NCBI RefSeq assembly: GCF_035594765.1 | Contig: NC_085844.1 | Span: forward strand, 182,420,107-182,484,106 | Source: Anolis carolinensis | Lineage: Eukaryota | Direction: 5' to 3' | Length of the DNA: 64,000 bases | Part shown: piece by piece, positions 27,772 through 39,700 of the stretch | How the letters are laid out: each line of letters begins with the position of its first letter | Position numbering within the stretch: position 1 is the stretch's first letter | Made by a program: the position numbers and the translations under genes | Notes under the pieces: generated by a model | Seen by the model: only the letters and a program-made list of their open reading frames with translations | Database searches by the model: none | Told to the model about the DNA's origin: nothing

Positions 27772-30700
27772 GTGGACAGTGTCATACTATAATGCCAATC
27801 CCACCCACTTCTATTGGTTTTTCTTGGGAAAGCATTCTTGTCCCAAGTTTTGGGCAATATATTTTAAAATAGACACCCCATACTAAAATTTGCTCAAGAC
27901 ACCTGCTCAGTGCCCATAAAACATTTAAACTCCATGCCCAATTTATGCTTTGTCACATGAATGCCAAGCAACCTGCCCATGGTCCATCCTGGCTGTACCT
28001 TGCAGTCAATTGAGTCCTTTATACTGACAGGAACCCCATAAAGCAAACCCTTATTTCCTTGACTTTTCACTTGCAGAAGTTGTGATTCACTGTCTTCAAG
28101 ATAATCAGTCAAACAGTTGACATCCTTAGTGACTTTCAAAGCCTATGGAAAGCAAGAGAAGGCAGCCAGTTAAGCAAGACAGCTGTAGTGGAAATATCAC
28201 AGAAGACAAATGTATATAGAGGAAATAGTACAGTGTCACAGTTGTGTTATGTATTTCCTACAAATACCTTAAGGCAGTGATTCTCAGCCTGTGGGTCCCC
28301 AGGTGTTTTGGCCTACAATTCCCAGAAATCCCAGCCAGTTTACCAGCTGTTGAGATTTCTGGAAGTTGAAGGTCAAAACATCTGGGGACCCACAGGTTGA
28401 GAACCACTGCCTTATGGGTAAAAAGTTTATTTATGATCTATATTTGCCAAGTATGTAACTTTGAATCAAATTTAACTGGGAACAAATGGCCTTGAGATGT
28501 GGGATGCCTTGACCTGGACAGGTTCCTCCTGATGATCAAATTGATCATTATTCACCAGATTGGGTGATCTGGCCAGTGTCTATTGTTTAATGCAGTGGTT
28601 CTCAACCTGGGGTCCCCATTTGTTTTTGGCCTTCAACTCCCAGAAATCCTAACAGGTGGTAAATTGGCTGGGATTTCTAGGAGTTGCAGGCCAAAAACAT
28701 CTGGGGACATAGGTTGAGAACCACTGTTTTAATGGTTAACTCCAGAAGCGACTTGTAGTTTCTCAAGTCACTCCTGAAACACAAAAAATAGTTTAGTTAG
28801 CCCATTATTCACCTGATTGGGTGACCTGGCCAGTATCCACTTGTTCATAGCTGGGCAGTGTTTACTTGTTTAATAGTTCAGATAGACCTGAGTTTCTCAA
28901 ACTGTGCTCCTCCAGATGTTTTGGACTTCAGCTCCCACAACTCCTAACAGCTGGCAAACTGGCTGGGATTTCTGGGATCTGAAGTCCAAAACACGTGGAG
29001 GAGTACAGTTTGAGAAACACTGAGGCAAACCATCATTTCCCTGATTGAGTAGCCTAGCTAGTGTCTACTTGTTTAATGTTTTGTGTAGCCCAATTAAAGA
29101 CATACAGTAGGATTAAAGCAAAGTACTTAGGCAACTGAGATGCTTATATAAGTCAAGAGAAGTTAGATTTAAGTTGAATTTCACTACCGACTGAGGTCGG
29201 GGATATAGGATTTGCCATTGGGGCATCTCTGGCTGTCATTCTCAGCGTTCCCAACAGACTAATTGAGACAGATTTGCTAGGTTTGTATGCATTCTTTGAT
29301 GTCTTGCCTGTTTTTCAATAAAATCTTGTATCACTTGGGTGTTCATTGTCTTTGAATCTCAAAAGAACCCTTTACCTTTGGCAAAACAACAGCTGCCTCA
29401 AACAGCAGATTGGGGAGGCAAATACCAACAGTGACTTGTTGCCGGACAGAGCTGTATATGACCCTCCCTAAGCTAGTTTGCTAGGAAGTAGGATTTGACT
29501 GGCACTCCACTTGGATTCTGTTCATATCATAGTGAGTAGGGGAAGATATCACCTTATCCTTTGCCTCAAAGATCAAAAATGATTTGACTGAGCCCTGAGA
29601 TACATTAATTGTAAGCCATAGCACAAACTTATGGCACTATATAAATATACAGTACAGATACCATCTCAAAATAACCATTTTAAGGGCATTCCCCCTGGAT
29701 TAATGTGGATGTTCTTTGTTCCACAACATTGACAGGGTTCACACTGGCTATCATTGGCCTTTCTCACATACTTCACCTTACTTGTTCGGTTGTTCAGAAG
29801 CCATCCCTCACCTTGTCCATGTAAGTATAGAGAACACTTTCAGGCAAAAGTAAACCATCCCTGAGTTTCCTACAGAGTTCAGGCAGGCTCAAAGACAAGA
29901 TTGATTCTGGTCGGTGGCTTGGATTCTGAATGAGAAAAGGAAATTATCCATGCATTAACTATAGCTCCCAATGATCAAAACACTCTGCCCAGCCTGGCTG
30001 TTTATACCATATAATCCACCCACACAAGCACCATGTGTCTATGTTTCTTTTGAGAGAGCAGAGCAGAGGACCCAGAATTAGCCAATGTTGTTGCATAAAC
30101 TGATTCAAGGATGTTTGATCTGCATCTGAAGAGTCTGGCCTTGGATTTCATTTCTCACTGGTCGCCCTTAAAACCTACTTGTCAGCCACAAAATGAGAAC
30201 AAGAACAGCCTGTTTTGGAAGAGCCCTTGGGAAGTTACATAAAACAAAATTATTCAAGATAACAATCTTATATTTCAGGTTGCCACACTATTTTGAAATA
30301 AAACGTATAACTAAGCACAAACACATATAACTGGAAACATGCACAATCTTTCTCTTTTTTAGCTCAGAGCATTGAACCATGTTAAAGCGGTGTCAAACTG
30401 CATGAATTCTACAGTGTAGATGCACCCCTGGATAAAGTATTCTCAACCTGTATTGTTAACTGGAGCCAGTTTGACAACTGACTTGAAGAAATAATAGTTG
30501 GTTACTAAGTCCAGCCATCCATAATTTAATGAAGGAGCTTCTGGTGGCGCAATGGATTAAACCCTTGTGTCAGCAAGGCTGCTGACTGACAGGTTGGCAG
30601 TTTGAATCCTGAGCTTCCATCTGTCAGCTCCAGCTCCCCTTATGGATCATCCTTGTGGGACATGAAAGGCTCCCACAAGGATGATAAAACATCAACATCC

Positions 30701-33700
30701 GGGCATCCCCTGGGCAACGTCCTTGCAGACGGCCAATTCTCTCACACCAGAAGCAACTTGCAGTTTCTCAAGTCGCTTCTGACATGAAAAAAATTAATGA
30801 AACCTCTAAAATATTCACATATTCAAAACAACTGAAAACGATTTCAGTTCATTTGATTGCAGATGCCGTTTGGTTACAAAAAGTCATTCTGCTTCTTCAA
30901 TAATGAAATCATCTCATCACATGAAGAATTATTTTATTCTGTTCTTTTGTTTGCATCCATCCGCCAATAAATATCTCCAGACTCTTAATAGTATTATAGA
31001 AATGTGTGTGCATCACAACATGCTGTGTATGTCCTGGTGCTGCTCTGCTCCAATGACCACAAATATGGACTTTCTTCTAACAGCCACATCTAAAAATCAT
31101 TACAGGAGTACAGTATAGCTGTATCACAATTAGTGGTTACTGAATGTTAGATCCAGACCTACAGCACTAGGTTCAAAGTCTCTTTTGCCAGGAAGCTGGT
31201 TTCGTCATAGGGCAGCATCAGGTCTATTGGTTTGAAGTTACAGAATGATAGATTTCAACTGAACTGCAGAAGGAACCTCTTGACAGGAAGAGTGTGTCTA
31301 CACTGCAGAATGAATACAGTTTGAAACCACTTTGACTGGTACAACTCAATGCTATGGAATCGTTGATTATTTATTTATTTATTTACCATACTTGTATCCC
31401 GCCTTTCTCAACCCCGAAGGGGATAAAAGGCAGCCTTACAAAGGCAACAATTCAATGAATAAACAAAAACATTAAAACCAAACAATGAAAACATATTATT
31501 AAAACAAGAATTAAAATCATATAATCCAGGTTGCAGTTTGTGGAGACACAAGCCCTTTTTGTCCCTGGAGGCTAAAGACTTTGGGTGTATCTACACTATA
31601 GAATGAATGCAGTTTGATGCCACTTTATTTTTGTTATGGCTAATTGCTGTGGAATCATAGGAGTTGCAGTTTGATGGGAAACCAGCACTATTTGGCTGAG
31701 AAGGCAAAAGACCTTCAAAAAACACAACTCCCATGATCACAAAGCATTGAGCCAAGGTAGATGGAAGTGGTTTCAAACTCTGTTAATTCTGCAGTGTAGA
31801 TGTACCCTTTGGAAAACTGCAACTGCAAGAATTCTATAGCATGGAGCCATGGCAATTAAAGTGCTGTCAAACTGTATCGATTCCACAGTGTAGATGCACC
31901 ATAAAAGTTTGGCAGTGGACTCAACTGGCTAGGGAGATGGTGGGGTTTCCTTTTGTGGGTATCTAAAAGGCAGATTGCCATAAGCATTTGTGGGGGGAAA
32001 ACACTTCAGGCAGCATCTTTAAAGTGCAAGGATAACAATATGAATTGGTTCAATTTCATTTTAACAGGCTTAATTCTGACTCAACAATAGGTTTAGGATT
32101 GCAGTGCACAAGTTGCATGCCAGCAGGTGCCTTTTCCATTCCAAAGGAAGGGGAACAGAGATTTCTATACCATTAGATTATGTAACACAATTTTGCTCCT
32201 GGGTGATAAAAGCCATTTCCTAACTGGTTCTATCATAAAAACATGGGGAAAGTTTATTAAACTGCAAAAACTTTGTTTTGGGAGGACATCCTGCAGCACA
32301 TTTTGCTATAGTTTTTCAATGAATATCTCATAGAGTCTCAATCAATTCAACATAGTTTGTGGAAGCCACGAAAATGAAGTTTCTGCAGGATAATAACTAC
32401 TGTACTTTCAAAGTAAGTTCCACACATTTAAACAGGAAATAACACTTTCAAACTAGGAACATAGTTCTTTTCAAATTTTGTAACATAGTGTTATGGTCCC
32501 ACTTGAATTTCCTGGGCTGCCTCCCATGGAATCATCTTTGAGAGCTCTTGGAGAAAGGGACAAGTCTCAGCAGATTGGAGGAGGGCAAATGTCATCCCTA
32601 CCTTCAAGAAGGGAAAAAAGGTCAACCTAAAGAATTACCGTTCGGTCAGCCTCACGTCGATACTGGGCAAGATTCTAGAAAAGATAATTATGGAAGTGGT
32701 CTGCAAACACTTAGAAAGGAATGCGGTAATTGCTAATAGTAAACATGGATTTTTCAAAAACAAGTAATTCCAGACTTATCTCATCTCTCTCTCTCTTTTT
32801 TTAACAGAATTACAAGCTGGGTAGATGCAGGGAATGCCATGGATGTAGCCTATCTGGATTTCAGTAAGGCCTTCGGCAAGGTCCCCCATGACCTTCTGGC
32901 AAAAAAGCTAGTCAAATGTGGGCTAGGCAAAACTACGGTTAGGTGGATCTCTAATTGGCTAAGTGAACGAACCCAAAGGGTGCTCACCATCCTGGAAAGA
33001 AGTGACAAGTGGAGCGCCGCAGGGTTCCGTCCTGGACCCGGTTCTGTTCAACATTTTTATTAACGACTTAGACAAAGGGTTAGAAGGCACGATCATCAAG
33101 TTTGCAGACACCAAACTGGTAGGGATAGCTAATACTCCAGTAGACAGGAGCAGAATTCAAAACGATCTTAACAGATTAGAGAGATGGGCTGAAACTAACA
33201 AAATGAAGTTCAACAGGGACAAATGCAAGATACAGAATGAGGGACACCTGGCTCAACAGCAGTACGAGTGAAAAAGACCTTGGAGTCCTTGTGGACAATA
33301 AGTTAAACCTGAGCCAACAATGTGATGCGGCAGCAAAAAAAGCCAATGGGATTTTGGCCTGCATCAATAGGAGTCTAGTGTCTAGATCCAGGGAAGTCAT
33401 GCCCCCCTCTATTCTGCTGGAATCACACTGTGTCCAATTCTCGGCATCGCAATTGAAAGGAGATGTTGACAAGCTGAAATGTGTCCAGAGGAGGGCGACT
33501 AAAATGATTAAGGGTCTGGAGAACAAGCCCTATGAAGAGCGTCTTAAAGAGCTGAGCATGTTTAGCCTGCAGAAGAGAAGGCTGAAATGAGACATGATTT
33601 ATAAGGGGAAGTCATAGGAAGGAGGGAGCAAGCTTGTTTTCTGCTGCCCTGGAGATGCGGAACAAGGGCTTCAAACTGCAGGAAAGGAGATTCCACCTGC

Positions 33701-34301
33701 ACATCAAGAAGAACTTCCTCACTGTGAGAGATGTTCAGCAGTGGAACTCTCTGCCCTGAGTGTGGTGGGGACTCCTTCTTTGGAGGCTTTTAAACAGAGG
33801 CTGGATGGCCATCTGTCGGGGTGCTTTGAATGTGATTTTCCTGCTTCTTGGCAGGAGGATGGACCGGATGGCCCACGAGGTCTTTTCCAACGCTATGATT
33901 CTATGAATCCTGAGGTTTGTCCTTAGGTAATGCACTAGAACTAGCTGAAGCTGCATTCAACAGTGTTAGAATAAATGCAGTTTGACACCCTTTGAACTGC
34001 CAGGGATAAATGCTATAGAATCCTGAGAGTTGCAGCTTTGCAAGGGCTGTAGCCATCTCTGCCAAAGAATCGCTCCCACGATCCCACACCATTGCGCTGT
34101 AGTCATTCAAATGGAGTAGTCCGCTCTCCCCACCTGCTCCGTGAACCTCCGCGCCGCCGCCCCCATCCGCTCCAGGGCGCGCTCCCGCTTCTGCTGGGCC
34201 TCCTCGATCTTCCTGCGGATCTTCCGCCGCCGCTGCCATCTCAGCCAGAGGAGCGTGGCGGCCGAGCAGCAGAGCAGAGCCGAGAGAAGGCCGACACTCA
34301 T
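3809..34301 (-). CDS. FAAH: Fatty acid amide hydrolase-family amidase, 15 coding exons, 573 aa
   Basis: Exons: 34134-34301, 29812-29925, 27999-28142, 22478-22611, 20939-21145, 19415-19455, 18130-18254, 15812-15937, 14477-14574, 12850-12949, 10314-10354, 9675-9714, 7185-7293, 4044-4189, 3809-3937. Total 1722 nt, all GT-AG, frame continuous. Amidase signature GVPVSIKD (catalytic Lys), PGGSSGGE and GTDIGGSIR (both catalytic Ser). Exon sizes mostly match mammalian FAAH as I recall them. Lies next to NSUN4 like FAAH, but which paralog is the 1:1 ortholog is uncertain. Confidence 0.93.
4540..6173 (-). mobile_element. Dong/R4-clade non-LTR retrotransposon, 5'-truncated, with RT and restriction-like endonuclease
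   Basis: Uninterrupted ORF with HLMYMDD, CRLC...HILSCC zinc knuckle, RHN, PD...IIDV...EKLSRY endonuclease motifs; flanked on both sides by (TAA)n (4510-4539 and 6173-6214). Confidence 0.92.
7942..8270 (-). mobile_element. Sauria SINE, full length
   Basis: ggagccccc tRNA-like head, central catgcaaatgtgagtagatcaataag, tail ...gacttaatgtcaggggaaaacctttatcttta. Confidence 0.9.
8294..8628 (-). mobile_element. Sauria SINE, second tandem copy
   Basis: Same structure, head-to-tail with the previous copy. Confidence 0.9.
9154..9522. mobile_element. hAT-type palindromic MITE interrupted by an L2-type tail
   Basis: TIR cagtggttctcaacc / ggttgagaaccactg; flanks atctaaat on both sides. Intact family members at 28275-28409 (TSD ccttaagg/ccttatgg), 28593-28726, 36509-36642, 49220-49353 and 63198-63332; deleted copy at about 60171-60258. 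Confidence 0.85.
10076..10287. mobile_element. Palindromic MITE (ggatgcatcta...tagatgcacc family, Harbinger-like by inference)
   Basis: Self-complementary arms. Further copies or fragments near 19579-19789, 31294-31910, 33950-34090, 34500-34840, 48960-49100, 52230-52385, 52790-53140, 53440-53580, 60440-60657, 61125-61310 and 62930-63125. Confidence 0.7.
10912..11400. mobile_element. Non-autonomous hAT-like DNA element fragment
   Basis: Terminus gggggtccccaaactacggcccgc; internal ttcagaaaa...agacc.catcagctct shared with the TIR/TSD-bounded element at 57760-58116. Confidence 0.5.
14117..14262 (+). mobile_element. Headless Vingi-related SINE starting within the HDV-like ribozyme P1
   Basis: 8-bp TSD ttaagcca (14109-14116 and 14266-14273); starts ggacatgagagaagcc; family tail. 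Confidence 0.85.
16355..17456 (+). mobile_element. Solo LTR (Gypsy-like, class inferred), 1102 bp
   Basis: TGT...ACA termini, 5-bp TSD acctc (16350-16354 and 17457-17461), TATA-like aataaaa near 16830, AATAAA at 17413-17418. Confidence 0.88.
18421..18569. mobile_element. Palindromic MITE (gggcccttccacacag TIR)
   Basis: Near-perfect long inverted arms; relatives at about 6315-6463, 19849-19906 and 60700-60820. Confidence 0.8.
19907..20844 (+). mobile_element. Probable solo LTR-like insertion with internal gtgagaag-type repeats
   Basis: Starts TGTCAG, interrupts a MITE at aatatat|ggc with possible ATAT TSD; 3' terminal CA not intact; hosts a SINE. Confidence 0.4.
20461..20715 (-). mobile_element. 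tRNA-headed Vingi-related SINE with internal deletion
   Basis: TSD cactgctg (20452-20459 and 20716-20723); B-box ggttcgaatcc; family tail and poly(A). Confidence 0.85.
23503..27531 (+). mobile_element. Apparently full-length RTE-clade LINE (APE endonuclease, RT, C2H2 finger) with about three frameshifts
   Basis: 12-bp TSD gctagattccaa (23491-23502 and 27532-27543); (TAAG)n tail; motifs AALQET, YAPT, LGDFNA, TDH, FIDLAKAFD, VKQG, QYADD, CPHC...HLRTH; antisense in FAAH intron 3. Confidence 0.96.
23950..24186. repeat. Long inverted repeat, 116-bp arms, 5-nt spacer
   Basis: 23950-24065 is the reverse complement of 24071-24186 with 2 mismatches. Confidence 0.97.
28454..29375 (+). mobile_element. 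Degenerate LTR-like element with tandem U3-type repeats and nested insertions
   Basis: TGTAAC start, three approximately 65-bp repeats, tatataag near 29146, AATAAA near 29317, ends ...ccctttac; no clear TSD. Confidence 0.4.
30534..30793 (+). mobile_element. tRNA-headed Vingi-related SINE
   Basis: TSD ttaatgaa (30526-30533 and 30794-30801); A-box tggcgcaatgg; family tail. Confidence 0.88.
32535..33905 (+). mobile_element. CR1 LINE 3' portion, degenerate
   Basis: RT pieces YLDFSKAF, PQGSVL, IKFADTK; ctatgatt tail. Confidence 0.93.
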
Positions 34302-35834
34302 CCTGCTCTCCCGGCTTCCCTCTCCTTCCTCCCAGGAGGGCCTTCCCCTTTAAGAGCAGGCCGAGGGGCGGCGCAATTGAACCACCCAGTTGCCTTCCGG
34401 CGTCCGTATCCCAGTGGCGGAGGGTGAACCTCGTGCTGCAGAATTCATGCGGGGAGTTCTCCTTTAGCGAGGCACCCGCTCTTTGGCAGAAAAGGCTAAA
34501 GACCTTGTAAAACTACAGTTCCCATGATCCCATAGCCTTGAGTCATGGTAATTAAAGTGGTGTCAAGCTGCATTGATACTACAATGAAGATGCACCATGA
34601 ATGATGATGCACTACAACAGGCATGGGCAAACTTTGGCCCTCCAGGTGTTTTGGACTCCAACTCCCACAATTCCTAACAGCGTAGCCAGGGCTCAATGCT
34701 ATGAAATCCCAGGAGTTGTAAGTTTATAAGATCTTCTTTGCCAAAGTGCTGGAGCCCTGCAAACCACAACTTCCAAGATTCCATAGCACAGGGCCATGAA
34801 AGTTAAAGCTTTAATTCTACGGTGAAGATGCACTCCTAGTTCCTGAAAACTTGTTTGAGGAAATTATTGTTATGTAATTATTCCCAATTATTGCTATTTA
34901 TATATTGTGAAGAAATTAGTTATATACCTTATAGAAAAGTATTACACTTCAATGTAATTTTCTACTTTTTAAAAGACTGCTGAAAAAAGTTTGATTTTGA
35001 AAATATGTATTATGGAGGTAAAGACATAATGTTGTTAGATGCACCCCAGCGCAGGTTGCTATAAGGATTACGAACCTAGATTCTCATCATTCCTCAGTCC
35101 CAAATTATGTTTTGCTTGCATGCATGCAGACACAGGTCTAGTCATACACGCACACAGTCAATAAGCCAACAAAAGAGATTCAATTAAACTTAATGTGTTA
35201 AGCAATCACTTCTTGGAACTGAAAAAGCTGCCCAGTTTCACAACCACACCAAGCTTCTGGGAGCTTACAGATAGCTCCTCACTCTCCACAAAAACAGCTG
35301 TTTTCCAGCTCTTAGAAAAGGGAAACTTAGAACCGCAAAATACTATTTATGCCAAAACGAAGAATGTGGTGCATTTCCAGAAGTAGAAGCCTTCTTATTG
35401 CACATACAACCTACTCAGAATTCTCCAAATAGCTTCAAGGTAGCTTCCTTTATTCCTAAGCAATCCTGAAGCAGGATTAGCAGTGGCCGTCCCATTTTCA
35501 AGCCATGGACAAGAGTGGAGGCTTACTCTTCAACACAGTCAATAAACAAGCCTGGTTCTTATAGGGAAAAATCTTTATCTTGCAGGCTTCCAAAGATACT
35601 GGGACTTGGAAGAGTATTAGGGGTTTCAAATCACAGGTAAAATTCTACATTAGGGAAAACTATCCTCATGTAAAGAGCAGTTCTGCAGCTGGATATGCTT
35701 CCTCGGAGTGTGGTGGAGGCTCCTTCTCTGGAGGCTTTAAAGCAGAGGCTGAATGGCCATATGTCGGGAGTGCTTTGATTGTGTGTTCCTGCAGGGCAGG
35801 GAGTTATATTGGATGGCCTCTTCCAAGGATTCTA

Positions 35835-36109
35835 TTTTTTTATCATGTCAGAAGCGACTTGAGAACATACTGCAAGTCGCTTCTGGTGTGAGAGAATTGG
35901 CCGTCTACAGAGATGTTGCCCAGGGGATGCCCGGATGTGTTACCTTCCTGCTGGGAGGCTTCTCTCATGTCCCTGCAAGCTAGATCTGACAAACAGGAGC
36001 TCACCCCATCTCGCAGATTTGAACCGGCAACCTTCAGGTTACCAAGCCAACCTTCAGGTCAGCAGTCCAGCCAGCACAAGAGTTTAACCCACTGCATCAC
36101 CGCAGCTCC
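35835..36109 (-). mobile_element. tRNA-headed Vingi-related SINE inserted in an old CR1 3' end (about 35600-35835)
   Basis: attctat duplicated on both sides; family body and tail. Confidence 0.85.
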
Positions 36110-36737
36110 TATTCTATGACCCTGTCCTACACAATTTTTTTTTAATTTAAAGACCAACCCATTTGGAATGGACGCAGAGAATACGTCCCATAGAACAGAT
36201 AGAAAATATGACTTCACTGTGTAATATTGAGAAGTGCCAGGGATGCAGTGGGTGCTATAACAAAGCAAAACAAAACAAATGAGTGCCACTTTCATTTAAT
36301 AAATGCTTATAGAATCATAGACTTGGAAGAGACTACAAGAGCCATCCAGTTCAATCGCTTGCCATACCTAGTTATCTGAACTATATTCTCCCATGAGTCC
36401 CTTTATCCTTTAAGATCTTCTGGACAGGCCTTTCTTTCTCTCCCACCACTTCCATAGGTTCATGTTTGGGAACGTGGTAGAATGCCTTATTGATGGCTGT
36501 GTTTAAACCAGTGGTTCTTAACCTGAGGTCCCCAGATGTTTTGGCTTTCAACTCCCAGAAATCCTAACAGCTGGTAAACTGACTAGAATTTCTGGTAGTT
36601 GTAGGCCAAAACACCTGGGGACCTACGGGTTGAGAACCACTGTTCTAGACTCTGGGAGTCACTTCCTATACCTATGAGTTAGACTGTTGCCTTTCCTATG
36701 GTTCTTTCACAGGCAGGTAAAGACTGTTTTGTTTCGA

Positions 36738-39700
36738 GGACTTCCGGTTTGGCGAGATGGCGGCAGGGCGGACTTCTTGAGGGCTCCCGAGAAGCCAGCC
36801 GAGCGGAGCGACCGGGTAGAGCGCAGAGCTCCCTCCCCCCAACGGATCGAGTTTGGGGGGACAGCCAAACCCGTAGGGCACCAACCGACGGTCTTGAGGA
36901 CCTCCATCCCTCAAGGGTGGGGGTCAGGAGAGACCCGGACTGGTAGCCCGCAGGGTGAGCGGGTCGTAGCGAGGCGACCGGACCAAGCGCCCGGATCACT
37001 GCCGAAACTCGCCCGATTTTAACAGTGCTAACAGGACACCAGAAAAGGTACGAAAGAAAATCCTAATCTATATTGGACTAAATACTTCACTAATACTTCA
37101 GTATTACATGTATATTTAGCATCTTGAAGAACTGGGAACCTAGAAAGTTAACCCAGAACTTAAAAGGGTCTCGTATATTGGATAAATTTCTACCCACGAA
37201 TAAAGGGACACACAATATTTCAATATAAGAAAATCGGAAAGACTCAAATTTTAAATCGCCCTTGCTAGGATTTGTAAAGAAAAGCGAGACATTGAAATTA
37301 AGAGGTTTAAAAACTAAAAGAATTTAAAATAATCTGATCTGACCTTGGGACAATATTGTTATGACTACGCCGGCAAACCCAGTCTAAACAATCTGATAAC
37401 GAAGAGGAGACACCAGCGGAAAGAACAAAGAAAAACCGGAACGGAAAGGAGATAGCTGCCCACGAACCATAGAGCAGCAGGAGGACTGGGTAGAGCAAGC
37501 AGTAGACAAAGAAGAGGAAATGACGAGGGGAGTGAAGGAGACTATAGATCGAGAAAAGTAAGGAACCCGAGAGCATAGACTGAGTTAAGGAAAAAAGAAA
37601 AGAAAAGAAATTGAAAGGGCGGCCCCGCGTAGGGGCCCACTGATAAAGAGAGCGACAAATAAAAGGGCAAAAGGGCGATCGTGGCTACGACAGAGGAGGG
37701 GTGAAGAGGTGAGAAAAGAGGTTAGGAAAAGAAGAAGTGAGAGTCATAGGAGACGGAGGAGGCACGATGGAGAAGAAATAAAGGAGCCACAGACAGCTGG
37801 GGAAAGACAACACTCAGTAGACAACGGACCATAGACCCAGGCAAAAAGAAGAAAGAGAAGGGGAAGAAGAGAAGAAAGGGGGAGAAGAGAGGGGGAAGAA
37901 GGGGAGAGAGAGAAGGGAAAGAGAAGAAGGGAAAGGAAGGGGAAAAAGACAAGAGGAAGGAAGGAAGAGGAAGAAGGGAGAAGGAGGGAAGAGAGAAAGG
38001 GGAAAGGAAAAGAAAGAGAAGGTCCGAAGGAAACCTAGCCTATAGACAGGTAGATTGGAGACGAAGAAGGACAGATAGACGGAAGAAGAAAGAAGGGAAG
38101 GGAAAAGGAAAAAGAGAAAAAAAGACAAACAAAGTAAAGTACGAGGATAGGAGGAACAGGGGGATAAAGTAAAGAAAATCCCCCCTCCCTCCTCTTTTTT
38201 TCTCTCTCTCTTTCTGGTTGGTGGGGAGATAAATAGATAGAAAGGAAGGGAGAAGGGAACGAGAGAAAAAAATAAAACTAGGAAAGAATGGCAACTTAGA
38301 ATTAAGATGGATAAAGACAAAGACAAAGATAAAGGAATGCAAAGGAGAGGTTCACTTGGGGAAGATATAAGCCTAAGAGACATTATGAAGGAAATGAGGG
38401 AAGTCATGAAGGAGGTCCAGAAAGTGGCCGAGAAACAAGACGCATACCAAAAAATGTTCCAAGACCAAATGTTAAGCATGAAGAATGAAATTACAGAAGA
38501 ACTGGGGGACATGAAGAAAGATATTAATAATCTAAAACAGGAAATTCAAGAAATAAAGCAAGACAAAATAAAACAAGAGAAATCCCAGATAAAAATCCAG
38601 ACAAAAGTAGAGAACCTAGAACTTAAAAATCAAAAACTAGAACAGAAACAAGAATTGATGGAACAGAAAAATCTAGAATCCCAGCTGAGATTTAGAAACA
38701 TAGAAGAAGAGAGTAGGGAGAATCTAAGAGAAATAATAATTAACTTATCATCGAATTTAACGCAAACTACCTACGAAAATATGGATCAGGAGATCGACAG
38801 AGTATACAGAATATCAACAAACTATGCAAGAAGAAATAAGGCCCCAAGAGACGTGATTGTCCATTTCTCAAAAAAAAAGAATTCGGGACAACATCCTAAG
38901 GGAGAACAACAAGAAACCAATATATTACAAAGGAAAAAAAATAGCTATTCTCAAAGAATTCCTACCATCAACTCTAATCAAAAGAAGAAAATATACGTTT
39001 TTAACAGAAGAATTAAAAAAGAGACAAATTAAATTCAGGTGGGAGCAACCAGAAGGAATTATGACGACCTATAAAGAAGAGAGACTGTGGATCACTACCG
39101 AAGAAAAGGCCAAGGACTTTTATAGAAATCTGAAGAAAGACGACAAAACTAACTTCCAAAGAAATAAAAAGAAGGAAACAAAGGACAGGACTGACAAGAA
39201 GAGACTTAGAGAAGAATCTCAGGACATAGAGAATATCAAAGGAGATACAAGCTCCGCGATTTTAGACGAGATTGAAGAGGTAGAGGAAGAAGGACAGGAG
39301 GAACTGGAAAACGATAAAGATGGGAAGATCGATAAGATGTTACTCGAACAACATTAACGGACTGAATTCACCAAAGAGGAAAAAAGTCTTCAACAACATC
39401 AGAACAGGACTCTACGACATTGTGGCCCTACAAGAAACCCACATTGCACAGAAGCATGTAACATATTTGACACAAAAACACTTAGGTAAGGAGTTTTACT
39501 CCTCGTCTATTGAAAAGAAGAGGAGAGTAGTAACATACATCAAAGAATGGATTCCATCGGAACTAGCTTTTAAAGACAACGAAGGAAGAATCCTGGGAAC
39601 TTTTGTATACCTGGAGAATAAAAAAGTCTTAATTTGTAATATTTACGCCCCTAATGGGCCAAAAACTCAATTTGTTAAGCAATTAAAAGATTTAATAATG

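Noticed and set aside
28540-29095. CRISPR-like repeat-spacer pattern
   Set aside because: Eukaryotic context, degenerate repeats, and the spacers are recognisable transposons.
37814-38512. 232-aa Phe/Leu/Ser-rich minus-strand ORF
   Set aside because: Low-complexity antisense reading of the purine-rich L1 5'UTR and ORF1.
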